Below, piece by piece: positions 38,640-51,656 of a stretch of DNA of 63,991 nucleotides; the first letter of the stretch is position 1, and each line of letters starts with the position of its first letter. Position numbers and translations under genes: made by a program. The notes beneath the pieces are model-generated. The model had not been told where the DNA came from, searched no databases, and worked only from the letters and a program-made list of their open reading frames with translations. Source of the stretch: Pocillopora damicornis (Eukaryota); assembly GCF_003704095.1 (NCBI RefSeq), contig NW_020844672.1, positions 682,010 through 746,000 on the forward strand. The letters are read 5' to 3'.

Positions 38640-41090
38640 TGCAAATGAGCTATAACTTTATCGGATGGAGAAATCAGTCGTTGAAACCTAACTTATAGCC
38701 AACTGTCAGACTTTCCATCTTCTAATTTACTGCTTCAATGATTCCTTCATTCATAATTCAAATTGACAGTTTGAAAGAGGCCTGTCATCTGGACAAAGAG
38801 CTTTTATCATTTAGGAGATAGGAAAAAATTCCAGACAAAGGCTTCTTGAGCGCAGTTCCACACACACGCACTCCAAGTTTTGTTTTTAACCATCTCATTA
38901 AGTTTTGCAAAATCATTTCTAAAACTCAAAAAACGCCTCTTATACATTTCAAATCTTCTTCCAACTAACCTTGTTACGACGTGTGGGAAAGAAGTTTACA
39001 AGAATTGATGAGTTCATCAAGTTCCTGTTTGTCTAATGACGTAAATCCGTAGAAAGTGTTTCCGAGAGTTCTTTTGTCATGGATATCCAAGAATTCTTTT
39101 GTTATATATATCAGAAAATTACAATTTTGTCATTAGCAGCAAAGTAGATGGCGTGTTCGAGAACGTTTTAACATAATGGTCTCGATCAGCCATCTATTAT
39201 ACTTTTACCCTGTTTGTTGCTTTTATCTAAATACATGCAGNNNNNNNNNNNNNNNNNNNNNNNNNNNNNNNNNNNNNNNNNNNNNNNNNNNNNNNNNNNN
39301 NNNNNNNNNNNNNNNNNNNNNNNNNNNNNNNNNNNNNNNNNNNNNNNNNNNNNNNNNNNNNNNNNNNNNNNNNNNNNNNNNNNNNNNNNNNNNNNNNNNN
39401 NNNNNNNNNNNNNNNNNNNNNNNNNNNNNNNNNNNNNNNNNNNNNNNNNNNNNNNNNNNNNNNNNNNNNNNNNNNNNNNNNNNNNNNNNNNNNNNNNNNN
39501 NNNNNNNNNNNNNNNNNNNNNNNNNNNNNNNNNNNNNNNNNNNNNNNNNNNNNNNNNNNNNNNNNNNNNNNNNNNNNNNNNNNNNNNNNNNNNNNNNNNN
39601 NNNNNNNNNNNNNNNNNNNNNNNNNNNNNNNNNNNNNNNNNNNNNNNNNNNNNNNNNNNNNNNNNNNNNNNNNNNNNNNNNNNNNNNNNNNNNNNNNNNN
39701 NNAACAAAAGTCAGTTAACGTTACAGTTTCCAGAATTAGAAAGAGATAGTAGAAAACTTAATCCTTAATGTGCACATTACTACTTAGTTGATTTCTGATA
39801 TGTAGAAATAAAGCACTGCAAGCGTGTTAAGGGCTTAGATGTTTTGCTTCCAATTGTTCTTGTTAAAACATCACATTCCACACAACACCTCAGCTGGAGA
39901 ACAAATTCTAGCCTCGAGCGAACCTATTTGGTCCATTTTTAGTAACACGATTGTCAATTGTGTGCTAACCCAACCGTTTAAACACTAGACCAAAATTAAT
40001 GAGATTGGCTTGAATAAGTGCTGTAAGATTTTCAAAGAGAACTATTGAAAGCCAATATGTTCTTCTGGATAATTTGTCTCAGGCCAAGTCCCAGAATGAT
40101 CCAAACAAATACACACATCTCTGATATTCAAACAGACAACAAAGAGCGTCTATTTCGGTAAACCATTTCAGTTCATTGAAAAAAATGACCCCTCAGTCAG
40201 AAAGTAAGTGAAACGTGGTAATTCCCTTATCCCTGTATACTCCGATAAGATAATCTACATGTAGACGTCTCCAAAATGTTTTACTTTGTGTAGATTCACG
40301 CAGAATATAGGATATGGCTTTCACACTCCGGCATATTGCCAACGGAGGCCAATCCTCAACAGGCCTGTTGATGTTGACAGTTTGAAAGAGGCCTTTCATC
40401 TGGAAAAAGCGCTTTTATCCTTTAACAGGCAGGAAATAATCCAGACCAAGGCTTCTAAAGCACAGTTCCACGCACACGCATTCCAGTTTTGCTTTTAACC
40501 ATCTCCTAAAGTTTTACTTAATCATTTCTAAAACTCAAAAACGCTTCTGAGAAAGAAGTTTGCGAGTCATCTGGACAAAGCGCTTTTATCCTTTATCAAG
40601 CAGGAAGCAATTAGGACGGCAACGCCAAGGAGAAAATGAAAGCATATTTTTCAGTTGGAANNNNNNNNNNNNNNNNNNNNNNNNNNNNNNNNNNNNNNNN
40701 NNNNNNNNNNNNNNNNNNNNNNNNNNNNNNNNNNNNNNNNNNNNNNNNNNNNNNNNNNNNAGTTGGAAGAAGATTTGAAATCGATAAGAGGCGTTTTTTG
40801 AGTTTTAGAAATGATTTAGCAAAACTTAACGAGATGGTTAAAAATAAAACTTGGAATGCGTGTGTGTGGAACTGCGCTTGAGAAGCCTTTGTCTGGAAAT
40901 TTTTCCTATCTCCTAAAGGATAAAAGCGCTTTGTCCAGATGACAGGCCTCTTTCATACTGTCAATTTGAATTATGAATGAAGGAATCATTGAAGCAGTAA
41001 ATTAGAAGATGGAAAGTCTGACAGTTGGCTATAAGTTAAGTTTCAACGACTGATTTACTCACCATCCGATAAAGTTATAGCCCATTTGAT
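38640..41090. repeat. Inverted repeat pair (38640-38966 and 40761-41090) made of the decarboxylase-array upstream module
   Basis: 40761-41090 is the reverse complement of 38640-38966 (e.g. ATCGGATGGAG...CTTATAGCCAACTGTCAGACTTTCCATC). Confidence 0.85.
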
Positions 41091-42017
41091 GCGGTCGTTT
41101 TGGCCGGTGCGAGTTTGAAATTGGTAATAGTGTAGCCCTCGAGACCAAAGTTTAGAGATCTGCTTGAAGAGATTCCTCTAACAATGGACTGTGTATAATG
41201 GAGGTATATGTGTTTATCTGTAGTTCTTTATTAGTCTAGTTACGATTTTTTTTCTCATGAAGCGTAAGAGTCAAGAATTACTCTTCAGCTTAGTGAAGAG
41301 ATTTCACGACGCTGCAGTTATATCACCTTTTTGTTAATGAAATACAATTTCCTTCGGCCATCTATAATTTAAAAATTTTTCGTCCGCGAAAGTTTGACAG
41401 TAAAATAATGGATGACAAATTAACATGTCTATTTATAGCCACGCAGTTACAAAGAAAATACATGAAGCTCTAGCTGACAACCGGACATGAAATGTAAGGC
41501 ATTAAGAATCAAGTGCAGAGTGTTCTCCTTTAATTTCATGCAAAACTATTAAAAAAAATTTTCAGTAAAGATCAGCTGGGAATACAAATTTGCTAGCTTT
41601 TCCCCGACTATTTAAAAGGTGCTTTGCTTTTAATTTGCCATGTTTAATGTTTCTCTAAATATAGAATTTTACGCTTTCATTTTTAACACAAGTCTTTTAG
41701 TTAATTTATGTTAAAAAGAAAGGAGCAACTTCATGTACCCGCCGCTTTGATGTTGGTTTTACATATTCAATGTGCCTCTCCCTAAAGGCATTGATTAAAC
41801 CATCTCAATTTTTTTACTTTCATTTTTTTAATCTAGGGTTTATTTTCATAGCAAAGTAGAACAAAAGAGTATGCTTGCAGAGATCTTTTTACTTTCAATT
41901 TTCAGTTTGTTCGAGAAGTAGAAACATGATGCACACTGTTTGACGTGAGGGAGAATAATTTCCGCGGCGCATTTATTTGCTTAAAATGCCACCCATGGCC
42001 ACCCTAACCAACTGAAC

Positions 42018-42146
42018 AGCCATCAATAACGCTAAATTATCTTTGGATTTACTTTTGACTTCTGTGATCAAGTTGTCTAACCATTTGTCAAGAACTTTCT
42101 GGTCAGAAGGAATCCATTGACCAACACGGTAAGGTTTGGAGCTCAT
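42018..42146 (-). pseudogene. 5' fragment of a PsiD-like decarboxylase (copy 1, truncated after ~43 codons)
   Basis: MSSKPYRVGQWIPSDQKVLDKWLDNLITEVKSKSKDNLALLMA followed by unrelated sequence. The full upstream module is retained. Confidence 0.88.
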
Positions 42147-43202
42147 GATTATGTTGCACGAAGTTTGCGACTCGTTTTGCTCGTAAATGATATACTCTTG
42201 TCGAATGTGTCTGCTTTTAACTGCAATATCGATGTCATTGCGCAAGCGCAACTGACGCTGGAATGCGTGTGCGTGCAACTGTGCTTAAGAAGCCTTTGTC
42301 TGGAATTTTTTCCTCCGTGATAAAGGATAAAAGCGCTTTGTTCAGATGACAAGCCTCTTTCATACTGTCAACGTCAGCAAGTAATTAAGTGTTGGACTCT
42401 GTTGGCAATATCCCAGAGTCTGAAAGCCATATCCTATGTTCCGCGTGAACTAAACAAAGTAAAACATTTTGACGACGTGCAGATTATCTAAACTGAGTAT
42501 ACAGGAATAAGGGAATTATCGCGTCTCACTTACTTTCTGAGGGATCATTTTTTGTTAAACTTTAGATTACAATGAACTGAAGTAGTTCACCTAAATAGAC
42601 CCTCTTTGTTGTCTGTATGAATATCAGAGATGTATGTCTTTGTTTGGATCATTGTGGGATTTGGCCGAGGTCAAAATATCCCGAGCAAGAACATTTTGGC
42701 TTTCAATAGTCCTCCAGTAGTCTGTGGATCATAACATGAATGTCAACCTAATTTAAAGATCACATTCAAAATATGTTGAGGGAACAAGATACAGTTAATT
42801 CCTAACCAAACGCAATATAAATGAGAGTTGTATCACATCTTAGAATGAGTATACTCATTCCAATTCTTGAAACTATAACGTTTATGACGCTTGTTTCACT
42901 CCTGTTTTACCACACTAGCTATGATTGAGAATCAGAGCGGTGAAATATCGAAATATTATTTTCAAACGTGCCTTCCAACAACATCAAATTCCAAACAACG
43001 CCTTCTCACGAAGAAAAAAAGGTTAGTTCTTTGCGCACGTGATAAGGTTATTTTCATTCCAAGCATCGTCAATCAATGTCAGTTTAGACAAGTATAAGAT
43101 AAAACCATCGTTGATAAAGGCAAATAATTTTTTCCACAAGTAGGCAAAATTCCGAAACGGTCACAATTACCTTCCAACAGTTATCCCACATTAACTTAGT
43201 GA

Positions 43203-43341
43203 TTTAGCATCATCAGTTGAGTTGATAACGTAAATTTGCCACCTTAAAGAGTTTAAACGCTTTTGAACTCTTTAGGATGGCTTATTTACGTTATCAACTC
43301 AGTTGATAATACTAAATTACCCTGTTATAATCTACCACTGA

Positions 43342-43378
<37 letters not shown>
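43203..43378. mobile_element. Palindromic retroelement-end relic (Penelope-like inverted pseudo-LTR type); second copy at ~61662-61810
   Basis: Long hairpin TTTAGCATCATCAGTTGAGTTGATAACGTAAAT...ATTTACGTTATCAACTCAGTTGATAATACTAAA followed by CACTGACGCAGCACCACAGTTTCTTTAGAAAC. The family assignment is from recall. Confidence 0.5.
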
Positions 43379-43576
43379 ATGCATTAACTCAGGTTAGGTT
43401 CGCTTTTCTACAAAAAATCGATCAATAAACGAGTTAACTCCATTGAATATCCAGACGTTTTGTATAGAATGCGACCATCTTATCAAATAACGTTTGTTTT
43501 AAATCAATTTTCAATCGAAAACGACAAAATTCAAATGTCGGTTATAAAGCCTTAAAACTAAGAGACAACAACGCTT

Positions 43577-43788
43577 TTAACCCTTTAACTCCCGTGAGTG
43601 ACCAGGGCAGAACTTCTCCTTACTATATCTATACAATATCATGCAGACAAGTAGTGAGAATAAAGAAGAATTTCAAATATGGGATTACTAATTAATCTAA
43701 TACCAAAGTCTCCAAACCAACATGATGAGAATCGTTTAGCAGGCAGTAAGGAGAATTACTAATGAGATCGTGGGATTTAAAGGGTTAA
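43577..43788. mobile_element. piggyBac-type MITE (~210 bp)
   Basis: TTAA|CCCTTTAACTCCC ... GGGATTTAAAGGG|TTAA, i.e. TTAA target duplication plus TIRs. Paralogs lie at ~44061-44270, 60190-60480, 60754-60964 and 61154-61420. Confidence 0.85.
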
Positions 43789-44060
43789 ACTCACATGAGA
43801 AAGAAGGGGCGGGAAAAGTTATACGCACGCAAAGCACATAATCATTTAACTTGTGACGCGTAAATGGTAGCTACACCTTCATCCTCCCCTCCCCTCCTGG
43901 ATTGTGATAGTATGTTTCTTTAAGTTCCCAGATAATTTTTAAAGCACATTCAAGTCATGCGTTACCTTCAGGTCGTGGATATTGCAACAAACTAATCTCC
44001 TGTGACTTTCACGGTTTAGGTCAATGTAATCTTGTAAAGCTGAATTTTCTTAATTTTGTT

Positions 44061-44270
44061 TGACCCTTTTCCTCCCATGAGTGACCAATAAAGAAATTTG
44101 TCCTCACAATATTTTGACAATATCAAGCCTAGAAGTCATTGGAATAACGAAAAATATCAGTAAGGGTATTATTAGTTGTTCTATTACTAAATTCTTCAAA
44201 TTGACGTCATAATAATTGTATGACAGGAAGTAAGGGGAAAATTAATGAGATCTTGGAGTTGAAGGGTTTT
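44061..44270. mobile_element. Second, more diverged copy of the same piggyBac-type MITE
   Basis: GACCCTTTTCCTCCCATGAGTGACC ... ATGAGATCTTGGAGTTGAAGGGTT, colinear with 43577-43788. Confidence 0.75.
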
Positions 44271-45846
44271 AGATTTTCAGTTTAAGAATTCTGCGGACAA
44301 GCTACAGCCAGCTAAGTACTCAATTGTAATACTATATTTTAGTGGTTCGTTTACCTGCGCAAAATTCCATGTATCTTTTGTCTGCCCATTTATTCAATTA
44401 TCTGTATGTTAATCCAGCCATTCACGCCTTCATCCTCCATCCATCCGTCCGTTCTGCCGTCCTTAAACCAGTCTATCCCTTCGCCTCTCCATCAGTCCAT
44501 CTGTCTTTATTTCGCGTGTCTGTCTGTCTGTCTTTCCGGTTGATCTTTCCTTCCCTTCAGTAACTTGAGATCTTCCGTCGGCTGGCTGACCGATTTGTTT
44601 TTCAGTGGTGACTAAGCGACTTCTTCAGTCTCCTCACAGGCGTAGAAAACCTTATCCTCATGTAAGCCTATAGTTTCCTAAATATGCCGGAGCAATATTG
44701 GTGCACTATTGTTAGTTACGTTCAGGTACGTTCAGGTTACTCAGGTTCTCATCTTGTCGAATGCGCAGGAAAGAAAAGGATAGGGCTAAGTAACGGCAAT
44801 ATCCAACTGGTAAGGAAGAGTTCAGGAATTTGAAAACTGGCGCCTCTTTTAGAAGTACAGCTCATCGTTACGCAAGCTCTTTTGAAGTACCAAAAACTCA
44901 GAACCTCTCAAAAATGTGTCAGATTTTCTCTGTATGAAGGACTGGAGTTTCTTCTTCTTCGAAGGCTGCATATTTTTATAGTCAGTCTTATTATGCTCGA
45001 TACAAATCAGGTTACTAAAACTGGTCGAATTGAATGCGGTTCTCTTTAAAGATACTAAGCCTATCATGATGACTTATTAATTTCATTCAGCAGAACTTGT
45101 GAGGCTTGACTTACCACAACGCAGTGTGTTGGTCATCTTGAAAATCTCTTAGAAAGCTAAAGCTGAAATTCCCGCCTTGAGTCCAAAGAGGGTTTCTCTG
45201 TAATATCGAAATATATATGTGTATATCAAAGAATACCTTAAAAATCCTACAGCACTTATTCAAGCCAATTTTGGTCTAGTGTTTATACGATTGGGTTAGC
45301 ACACAATTGACAATTGTGTTACTAAAAATGAACCAAACAGGTTCGCTCGAGACTAGAATTTGTTCTCCCGGTGAAGTGTTGTTTGCAATATGATGTTTTA
45401 ACAAGAACAGTTGAAAGCAAAATATCTAAGCCCTTTACACTCTTTCAGTGCTTTATTTCTACACATCAGAAACCAACTAAGTGGTAATGTGCACATCGAG
45501 GATTAAGTTTGCTATTATCGCAATTTCGGTAAACCCTGGGAAGATCTTTCACTCCAAATGTGAGTTAAGACACTTTTGGTTTGTAACTATTATTAAAAAT
45601 CCCATCGCAGATGCTAAAATAAGCGATTAAATGCTTTGGTTTGAAAATACACCATCAATTATCAGACATGCTCGTGGCACAAAAAGATTTGCTTGAAAAA
45701 CTTGCAAATATCGATGGCTAAAACCTTGAACAAAATCTCCCGTTGAAGGCTCTAAGCAAAGACAAGCGCAAACACGACCAGCGATGACAATTATCGTACA
45801 ACAGGCCTATTACAACGATCGAGGACAAACTACTCAAAAGGTAAAA

Positions 45847-46345
45847 CAACCTGTTGATTTGTCGTTGAGGAAAGCAGCAAATCCAGCAGTCGTAGCCATC
45901 AGCCAGTTCAGGATTACATTGATGGGGAGACCAACCCAGCCAGTTTTGTTGTACTCTGGAGTTTTTTCATGATGTGGTCTATTAAAATAATCATCAGTTG
46001 TCAGAAAGAGATACTTGCCCCTTTCGAAATACCTGGAAGTTTGTACTGTTGCCAGAACATCTGATGGAAAAACATGTTGATCTCGGGGTCGGAGATGATA
46101 GCTTTCAATAATTCTTGAATGGGTGGATGGAGAACGAGGTCTTCCTTTGTACCATAAGCAACTATCGGCGGAGTTTCATCACTAGCTGTTTCTTCATCTC
46201 CAGCTGGTGGATAAAGAGCCATTAATAACGCTAACGTATTTCTGTATTTAATTTGGACTTCTATGATCAAGTTGGTAAATCATTTGTCAAGAAATTTGTG
46301 ATCAGAAGGAATCCATTGACCAACACGGTAAGGTTTGGAGCTTAT
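45847..46345 (-). pseudogene. PsiD-like decarboxylase pseudogene (copy 2)
   Basis: Start codon ATG>ATA at 46345, TGG>TGA at 46280-46282 and indels near 46000. The gene is fused at ~45846 to the 3' flank of the intact copy, losing the catalytic two-thirds. Confidence 0.9.
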
Positions 46346-46591
46346 GATTATGTAGCATGTAGTTCGCGGCTTGTTTTGCTCCTAAATGATATAATCCTTT
46401 TGAATGGTCTGCTTTTAACTGTAATATCGATTTCATCGCGCAAGCGCAAATGACGCTGAAATGCGTGTGCCTGATAAAGGATAAAAGCGTTTTGTCTAGA
46501 TGACAGGAATTAGTTGTATCTTCCAGCTTGATAAAGGATAAAAGCGCTTTGTCCAGATGACTCGTAAACTTCTTTCTCACAAGCGTTTTCT

Positions 46592-46695
46592 GAGTTTTAG
46601 AAATGATTTAGCAATCCAAGCAAGTTTTAGAAATGATTTAGCAATCCAAGTAAGTTTTAGAAATGATTTAGCAATCCAAGCAAGTTTTAGAAATG
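46592..46695 (+). repeat. 30-bp tandem repeat (AAGTTTTAGAAATGATTTAGCAATCCAAGC) x ~3.5
   Basis: Directly visible with no unique spacers. Confidence 0.95.
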
Positions 46696-48671
46696 TTATG
46701 CTCACACGTTATAACAAGGTTAGTTGAAAGAAAATCTGAAATGGTAAAGAAGCGTTTTTTGAATTTTAGAAATGATTTAGCAAAACTTAAGGAGATGGTT
46801 AAAAGCAAAACTTGGAATGCGTGTGCGTGTGCGTGTAACTGCGCTTGAGAAGCCTTTGTCTGGAAATTATTCCTGCCTAATAAAGGATAAAAAAGCTTTA
46901 TCCAGAGAACAGGCCTCTTTCATACCGTGACCATCAACAGGTTGTTGAGGATTGGCCTCCCTCGGCAATGTGCGGGAGTGTGAAAGCCATATCCTATGTT
47001 CCGCTTGAACTAAACAAACTAAAACATTTTGGAGACGTCTACATGCAGATTATCTTATCGGAGTATACAGGAATAAGGGAATTACCGTGTTTCACTCACT
47101 CTCTGAGGGATCATTTTCACTTGAACTGTAGATTACGATAAACTGAAGCGGTTCACCGAAATAGACACTCTTTGTTGTCTGTCTAACTTTGATTGAGAAT
47201 CAGCGATGAAATATCGAAATGCTATTTTCAAACATTCCTGCTAACAACATCACATTCCAAACAATGCCTTCTCACGAAGAAAAAAAGCTTAGTTCTTAGT
47301 GCACCTGATAAGGTTATTTTCAATCCAAGCATCGTCAATGTCAGTTTAGACAAGTATAAGATATTNNNNNNNNNNNNNNNNNNNNNNNNNNNNNNNNNNN
47401 NNNNNNNNNNNNNNNNNNNNNNNNNNNNNNNNNNNNNNNNNNNNNNNNNNNNNNNNNNNNNNNNNGGCAACGCCAAGGAGAAAATGAAAGCATATTTTTC
47501 AGTTGGAATTTCGCGAATGACTGGATCTGTTTATAATCTCCTACGGCGCCACAAGTTAACCTCAGCATAATGTTAAGAGCAGCATTGAGTTCCAAATTGA
47601 AACTTAAATAATCTGCCGTCGGGGTTTCCTTTCTCGGACCACGCGAATTTTGATGATTTCACGTTATTTTGCAAAGGATGGCTAAGCTATTGTTCTGCNN
47701 NNNNNNNNTGTTGCTTTTCCACGTCCTCGTTGCTGTCGCAATCGTGGTTTGCTAAAGGTATTTATTGACGTGTTGTTTGAACTGTTGGATTTTCAGAAAA
47801 AAAAAGGCTTTGATATACTTGCGTAGGCGCATGNNNNNNNNNNNNNNNNNNNNNNNNNNNNNNNNNNNNNNNNNNNNNNNNNNNNNNNNNNNNNNNNNNN
47901 NNNNNNNNNNNNNNNNNNNNNNNNNNNNNNNNNNNNNNNNNNNNNNNNNNNNNNNNNNNNNNNNNNNNNNNNNNNTTTTATTCTTCGTGTGAAGGCGTTG
48001 TTTGGATTGTGATGTTGTCAGCAGGAAGGATTAAAAAGAATATTTCAATATTTCACCACAGTGATTCTCAATCTAACCTAATGTAGTAAAACTAAAGTCA
48101 GTTAAATAAACATCATTAACGTTACAGTTTCCAGAATTAAAAAGAGACACTCATCTTTGTTAGACAAACAGACAACAAAGAGTGTCTATTTCGGTGAACA
48201 ACTTCAGTTCATTGTAATCTAAAGTCACGNNNNNNNNNNNNNNNNNNNNNNNNNNNNNNNNNNNNNNNNNNNNNNNNNNNNNNNNNNNNNNNNNNNNNNN
48301 NNNNNNNNNNNNNNNNNNNNNNNNNNNNNNNNNNNNNNNNNNNNNNNNNNNNNNNNNNNNNNNNNNNNNNNNNNNNNNNNNNNNNNNNNNNNNNNNNNNN
48401 NNNNNNNNNNNNNNNNNNNNNNNNNNNNNNNNNNNACCTGTTGATGGTCACGGTATGAAAGATGCCTGTCATCTGAACAAAGCGCTTTTATCCTTTATTA
48501 GGCAGGAACAATTTCCAGACAAAGGATTCTCAAGCAGAGTTGCACGCACACGCATTCCAGTGTCAGTTGCGCTTGCGCAATCAAATCGATATTGCAGTTA
48601 AAAGCAGACACATTCAACAGGTGTATACCATTTACGAGCAAAACGAGCCGCGANNNNNNNNNNACATAATC

Positions 48672-49563
48672 ATGAGCTCCAAACCTTATCGTGTAGGTCA
48701 ATGGATTCCTTCTGACCAGAAAGTTATTGACAAATGGTTAGCCAACCTGATCACAGAAGTCAAAAGCAAATCCAAAGATAAGTTAGCGTTATTGATGGCT
48801 CTTCATCCACCGGCTGAAGATNNNNNNNNNNNNNNNNNNNNNNNNNNNNTAACAGTTGCTGACGGTACAGAGGAAGACCTCGGTCTCCATCCGCCTGTTC
48901 AAAAATTATTAAAAGCTATCACCTCCGACCCCGAGATAAACATGTTCTTCCATCAGATGTTCTGGCAACAGTACAAGAATCCAGATAGTTCGAAAGGGAC
49001 AAGGATCCCTTGCTGGCAACTGATGATNNNNNNNNNNNACTACATCATGACAACAGCTCCAGAGTACAACGAAACTGGTTTGGTTGGCTTCCCCATCAAT
49101 GCAATCCTGAACTGGCCGATGGCTACGACTGCTGGATTTGCTGCTTTCCTCAANNNNNNNNNNAACAGGTTGTTCAAAAAAATTCTTAAGCATTGGGGAA
49201 AGTTTCTTTCCANNNNNNNNNNTTGTTACGTGTTGAATGAAGAGCCTCGTCATGGGTGGTTTGGTGAACACGCAATGCAAGCAATGCCAAANNNNNNNNN
49301 NGAGTTCAAATGCAAGCCTTATGAAAAACATCACGGTTTTACTTCATGGGATGATTTCTTCACCAGAGAGTTTCGTGATGGCATTCGNNNNNNNNNNTCT
49401 CCGGACGACGATTCCATTGTTGCGAATGCTTGTGAATCGGCGCCATACCAAATCTCTGCCGCCGTGAAAAACAGGGACATCTTCTGGATAAAGCACCAAC
49501 GGTACTCAGTGGACTTTATCCTGAACATGAGTGACCTTGCCAAGCGATTTCATGGTGGAACCG
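48672..49563 (+). CDS. PsiD-like pyruvoyl-dependent decarboxylase (copy 3; partial, 3' end in an assembly gap)
   Basis: Open frame from MSSKPYRVGQWIPSD through LVGFPINAILNWPMATTAG, GFTSWDDFFTREFRDG and NACESAPY to RFHGGT, then N-gap 49564-49663. Several short internal N runs preserve the frame. Confidence 0.82.
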
Positions 49564-50908
49564 NNNNNNNNNNNNNNNNNNNNNNNNNNNNNNNNNNNNN
49601 NNNNNNNNNNNNNNNNNNNNNNNNNNNNNNNNNNNNNNNNNNNNNNNNNNNNNNNNNNNNNNNATAAATCTGTTCGACGCGACACGAGATTATCATATCA
49701 ATACTGATCGGCTATCTATTGAAGGCCATTATGGCTCCTAAAGATATTAAGCTCTTGACCTTTTTTGTTACTTTCATCTAAATACGTGCAGGTCTCGATG
49801 CCGATTGAGCTGTAGGTTTGATTCCTGACTTGGGCTCAGAAATATTCTGACTAATTAATAGCTCGGAGGATACCTCCAAATTTCCATCAGTTAGTCCAGT
49901 CTACGCAATATTGTCGTGTTGTTTTAACTGTTGGGTTTGCAGAAACAAAAAGGCTTTGATATACTAATGTCTAAACTGACATTGCTTGACGATGATTGGA
50001 CTGAAGATAATCTTATCAGGTGCGCTAAGAACTAAGCTTTTTCTTCTTGTGAAGGCGTTGTTTGGAATGTGATGTTGTTGGAAGGAACGTTTGCAAAGGA
50101 TATCTCGATTTTTCACCGCTTTGATTCTCCATCAACCCTAATGTGGTAAAGCAAGAGTTAAACAAGCGTCAAAAACGTTACAATTTCAAGAATTGGAATA
50201 AGTCTACTCATTCTAATATTTGATAGAACTCTCATTTACATTGCATTTGGATAGGAATTAATCGTATCTTATCGTCTCAATACATTTTGAATGTGATCTT
50301 TAAATCAGGTTGACATTTATGTTATGGTCCATGGACTACCGAGGAATATTGAAAGCCAAATGTTCTTCCTCAGGATAATTTGTCTTAGGCCAAATCCCAC
50401 AATGATCCAAACAAAGACACACATCTCTGATATTCAAACAGACAACAAAGACCGTCCATTTCGGTGAATCACTTCAACCCATTGTAATCAAAAGTCACGA
50501 AAAAATAACCCTCAGAAAGTAAGCGTAACGCGGTAATTTCCTTATTCCTGTATACTCCGATAAGATAATCTGCACGTAGACGTCTCCAAAATGTTTTCCT
50601 TTGTTTAGTTCACGCAGAACCTAGGATGAGGCTTTCACACTGGGATATTGCCAACAGAGGCCGACCCTCAATAACCTGTTAATCGTCACGGTATGAAAGA
50701 GGCCTGTCATCTGAACAAGGCGCTTTCATCCTTTATCAGGCGGGAAAAATTTCCAGACAAAGGCCTCTCAAGCACAGTTGCACGCACACGCATTCCAGTG
50801 TCAGTGCGCTTGCGCGATGAAATCTATATTGCAGTTAAAAGCAGACACATTCAACAGGAGTATATCATTTACGAGCAAAACGAGCCGCACACTTCGTGCA
50901 ACATAATC

Positions 50909-51656
50909 ATGAGCTCCAAACCTTACCGTATTGGTCAATGGATTCCTTCTGACCAGAAAGTTCTTGACAAATGGTTAGACAACTTGATCACAGAAGTCAA
51001 AAGTAAATCCAAAGATAGGTTAGCGTTATTGATGGCTCTTCATCCGCCGGCTGAAGATGAAGAGACGGCTAAAGGTGGAAATCAGCTAGCAGTTGCTCAC
51101 GGTACAGAGGAAGATCTCAGTCTCCATCCACCGGTTCAAGAATTATTGAAAGCTATCATCTCCGACCCCGAGATAAACATGTTTTTCCATCAGATGTTCT
51201 GGCAACAGTACAAGAATCCAGATAGTTCGATAGGAACAAGGATCCCTTGCTGGCAACTGATGATTATTTTAATCGACTTCATCATGACCACAGCTCCAGT
51301 GTACAACAAAACTGGTTTGGTTGGCTTCCCCATCAACGTAATCCTAAACTGGCCGATGGCTACGACTGCTTTCCTCAACGACAAAGTCAACAGGTTGTTC
51401 AAAAGTATTCTCAACTATTGGGGAAAGTTTCTTTCCAGTTCTGCTTCTTGTTACGTGTTGACTGATGATCCTCGTCATGGTTGGTTTGGTGAAGACGCAA
51501 TGCAAGCCATGCCAAACTTCGTCCAAGAGTTCAAATGCAAGCCCAACGAAAAACATTATGGTTTTACATCATGGGATGATTTCTTCACCAGAGAGTTTCG
51601 TAATGGCATTCGTCCAGTAGCATCTCCGGACGACGATTCCATTGTTGCGAATGCTT
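50909..51656 (+). CDS. PsiD-like pyruvoyl-dependent decarboxylase (copy 4; partial, runs into a gap, 4-aa in-frame deletion)
   Basis: Open frame MSSKPYRIGQWIPSD...GFTSWDDFFTREFRNGIRPVASPDDDSIVANA, then N-gap 51657-51756. MATTAFLND lacks the 12 nt present in the other copies. Confidence 0.8.

Noticed and set aside
39176-39768. Long ORFs spanning N runs (also 58556-59404, 61259-61747, 47193-47595)
   Set aside because: Artefacts of translating assembly gaps.
46592-46695. 30-bp direct repeats resembling a CRISPR array
   Set aside because: The repeats are contiguous with no unique spacers, there are no cas genes and the context is eukaryotic.
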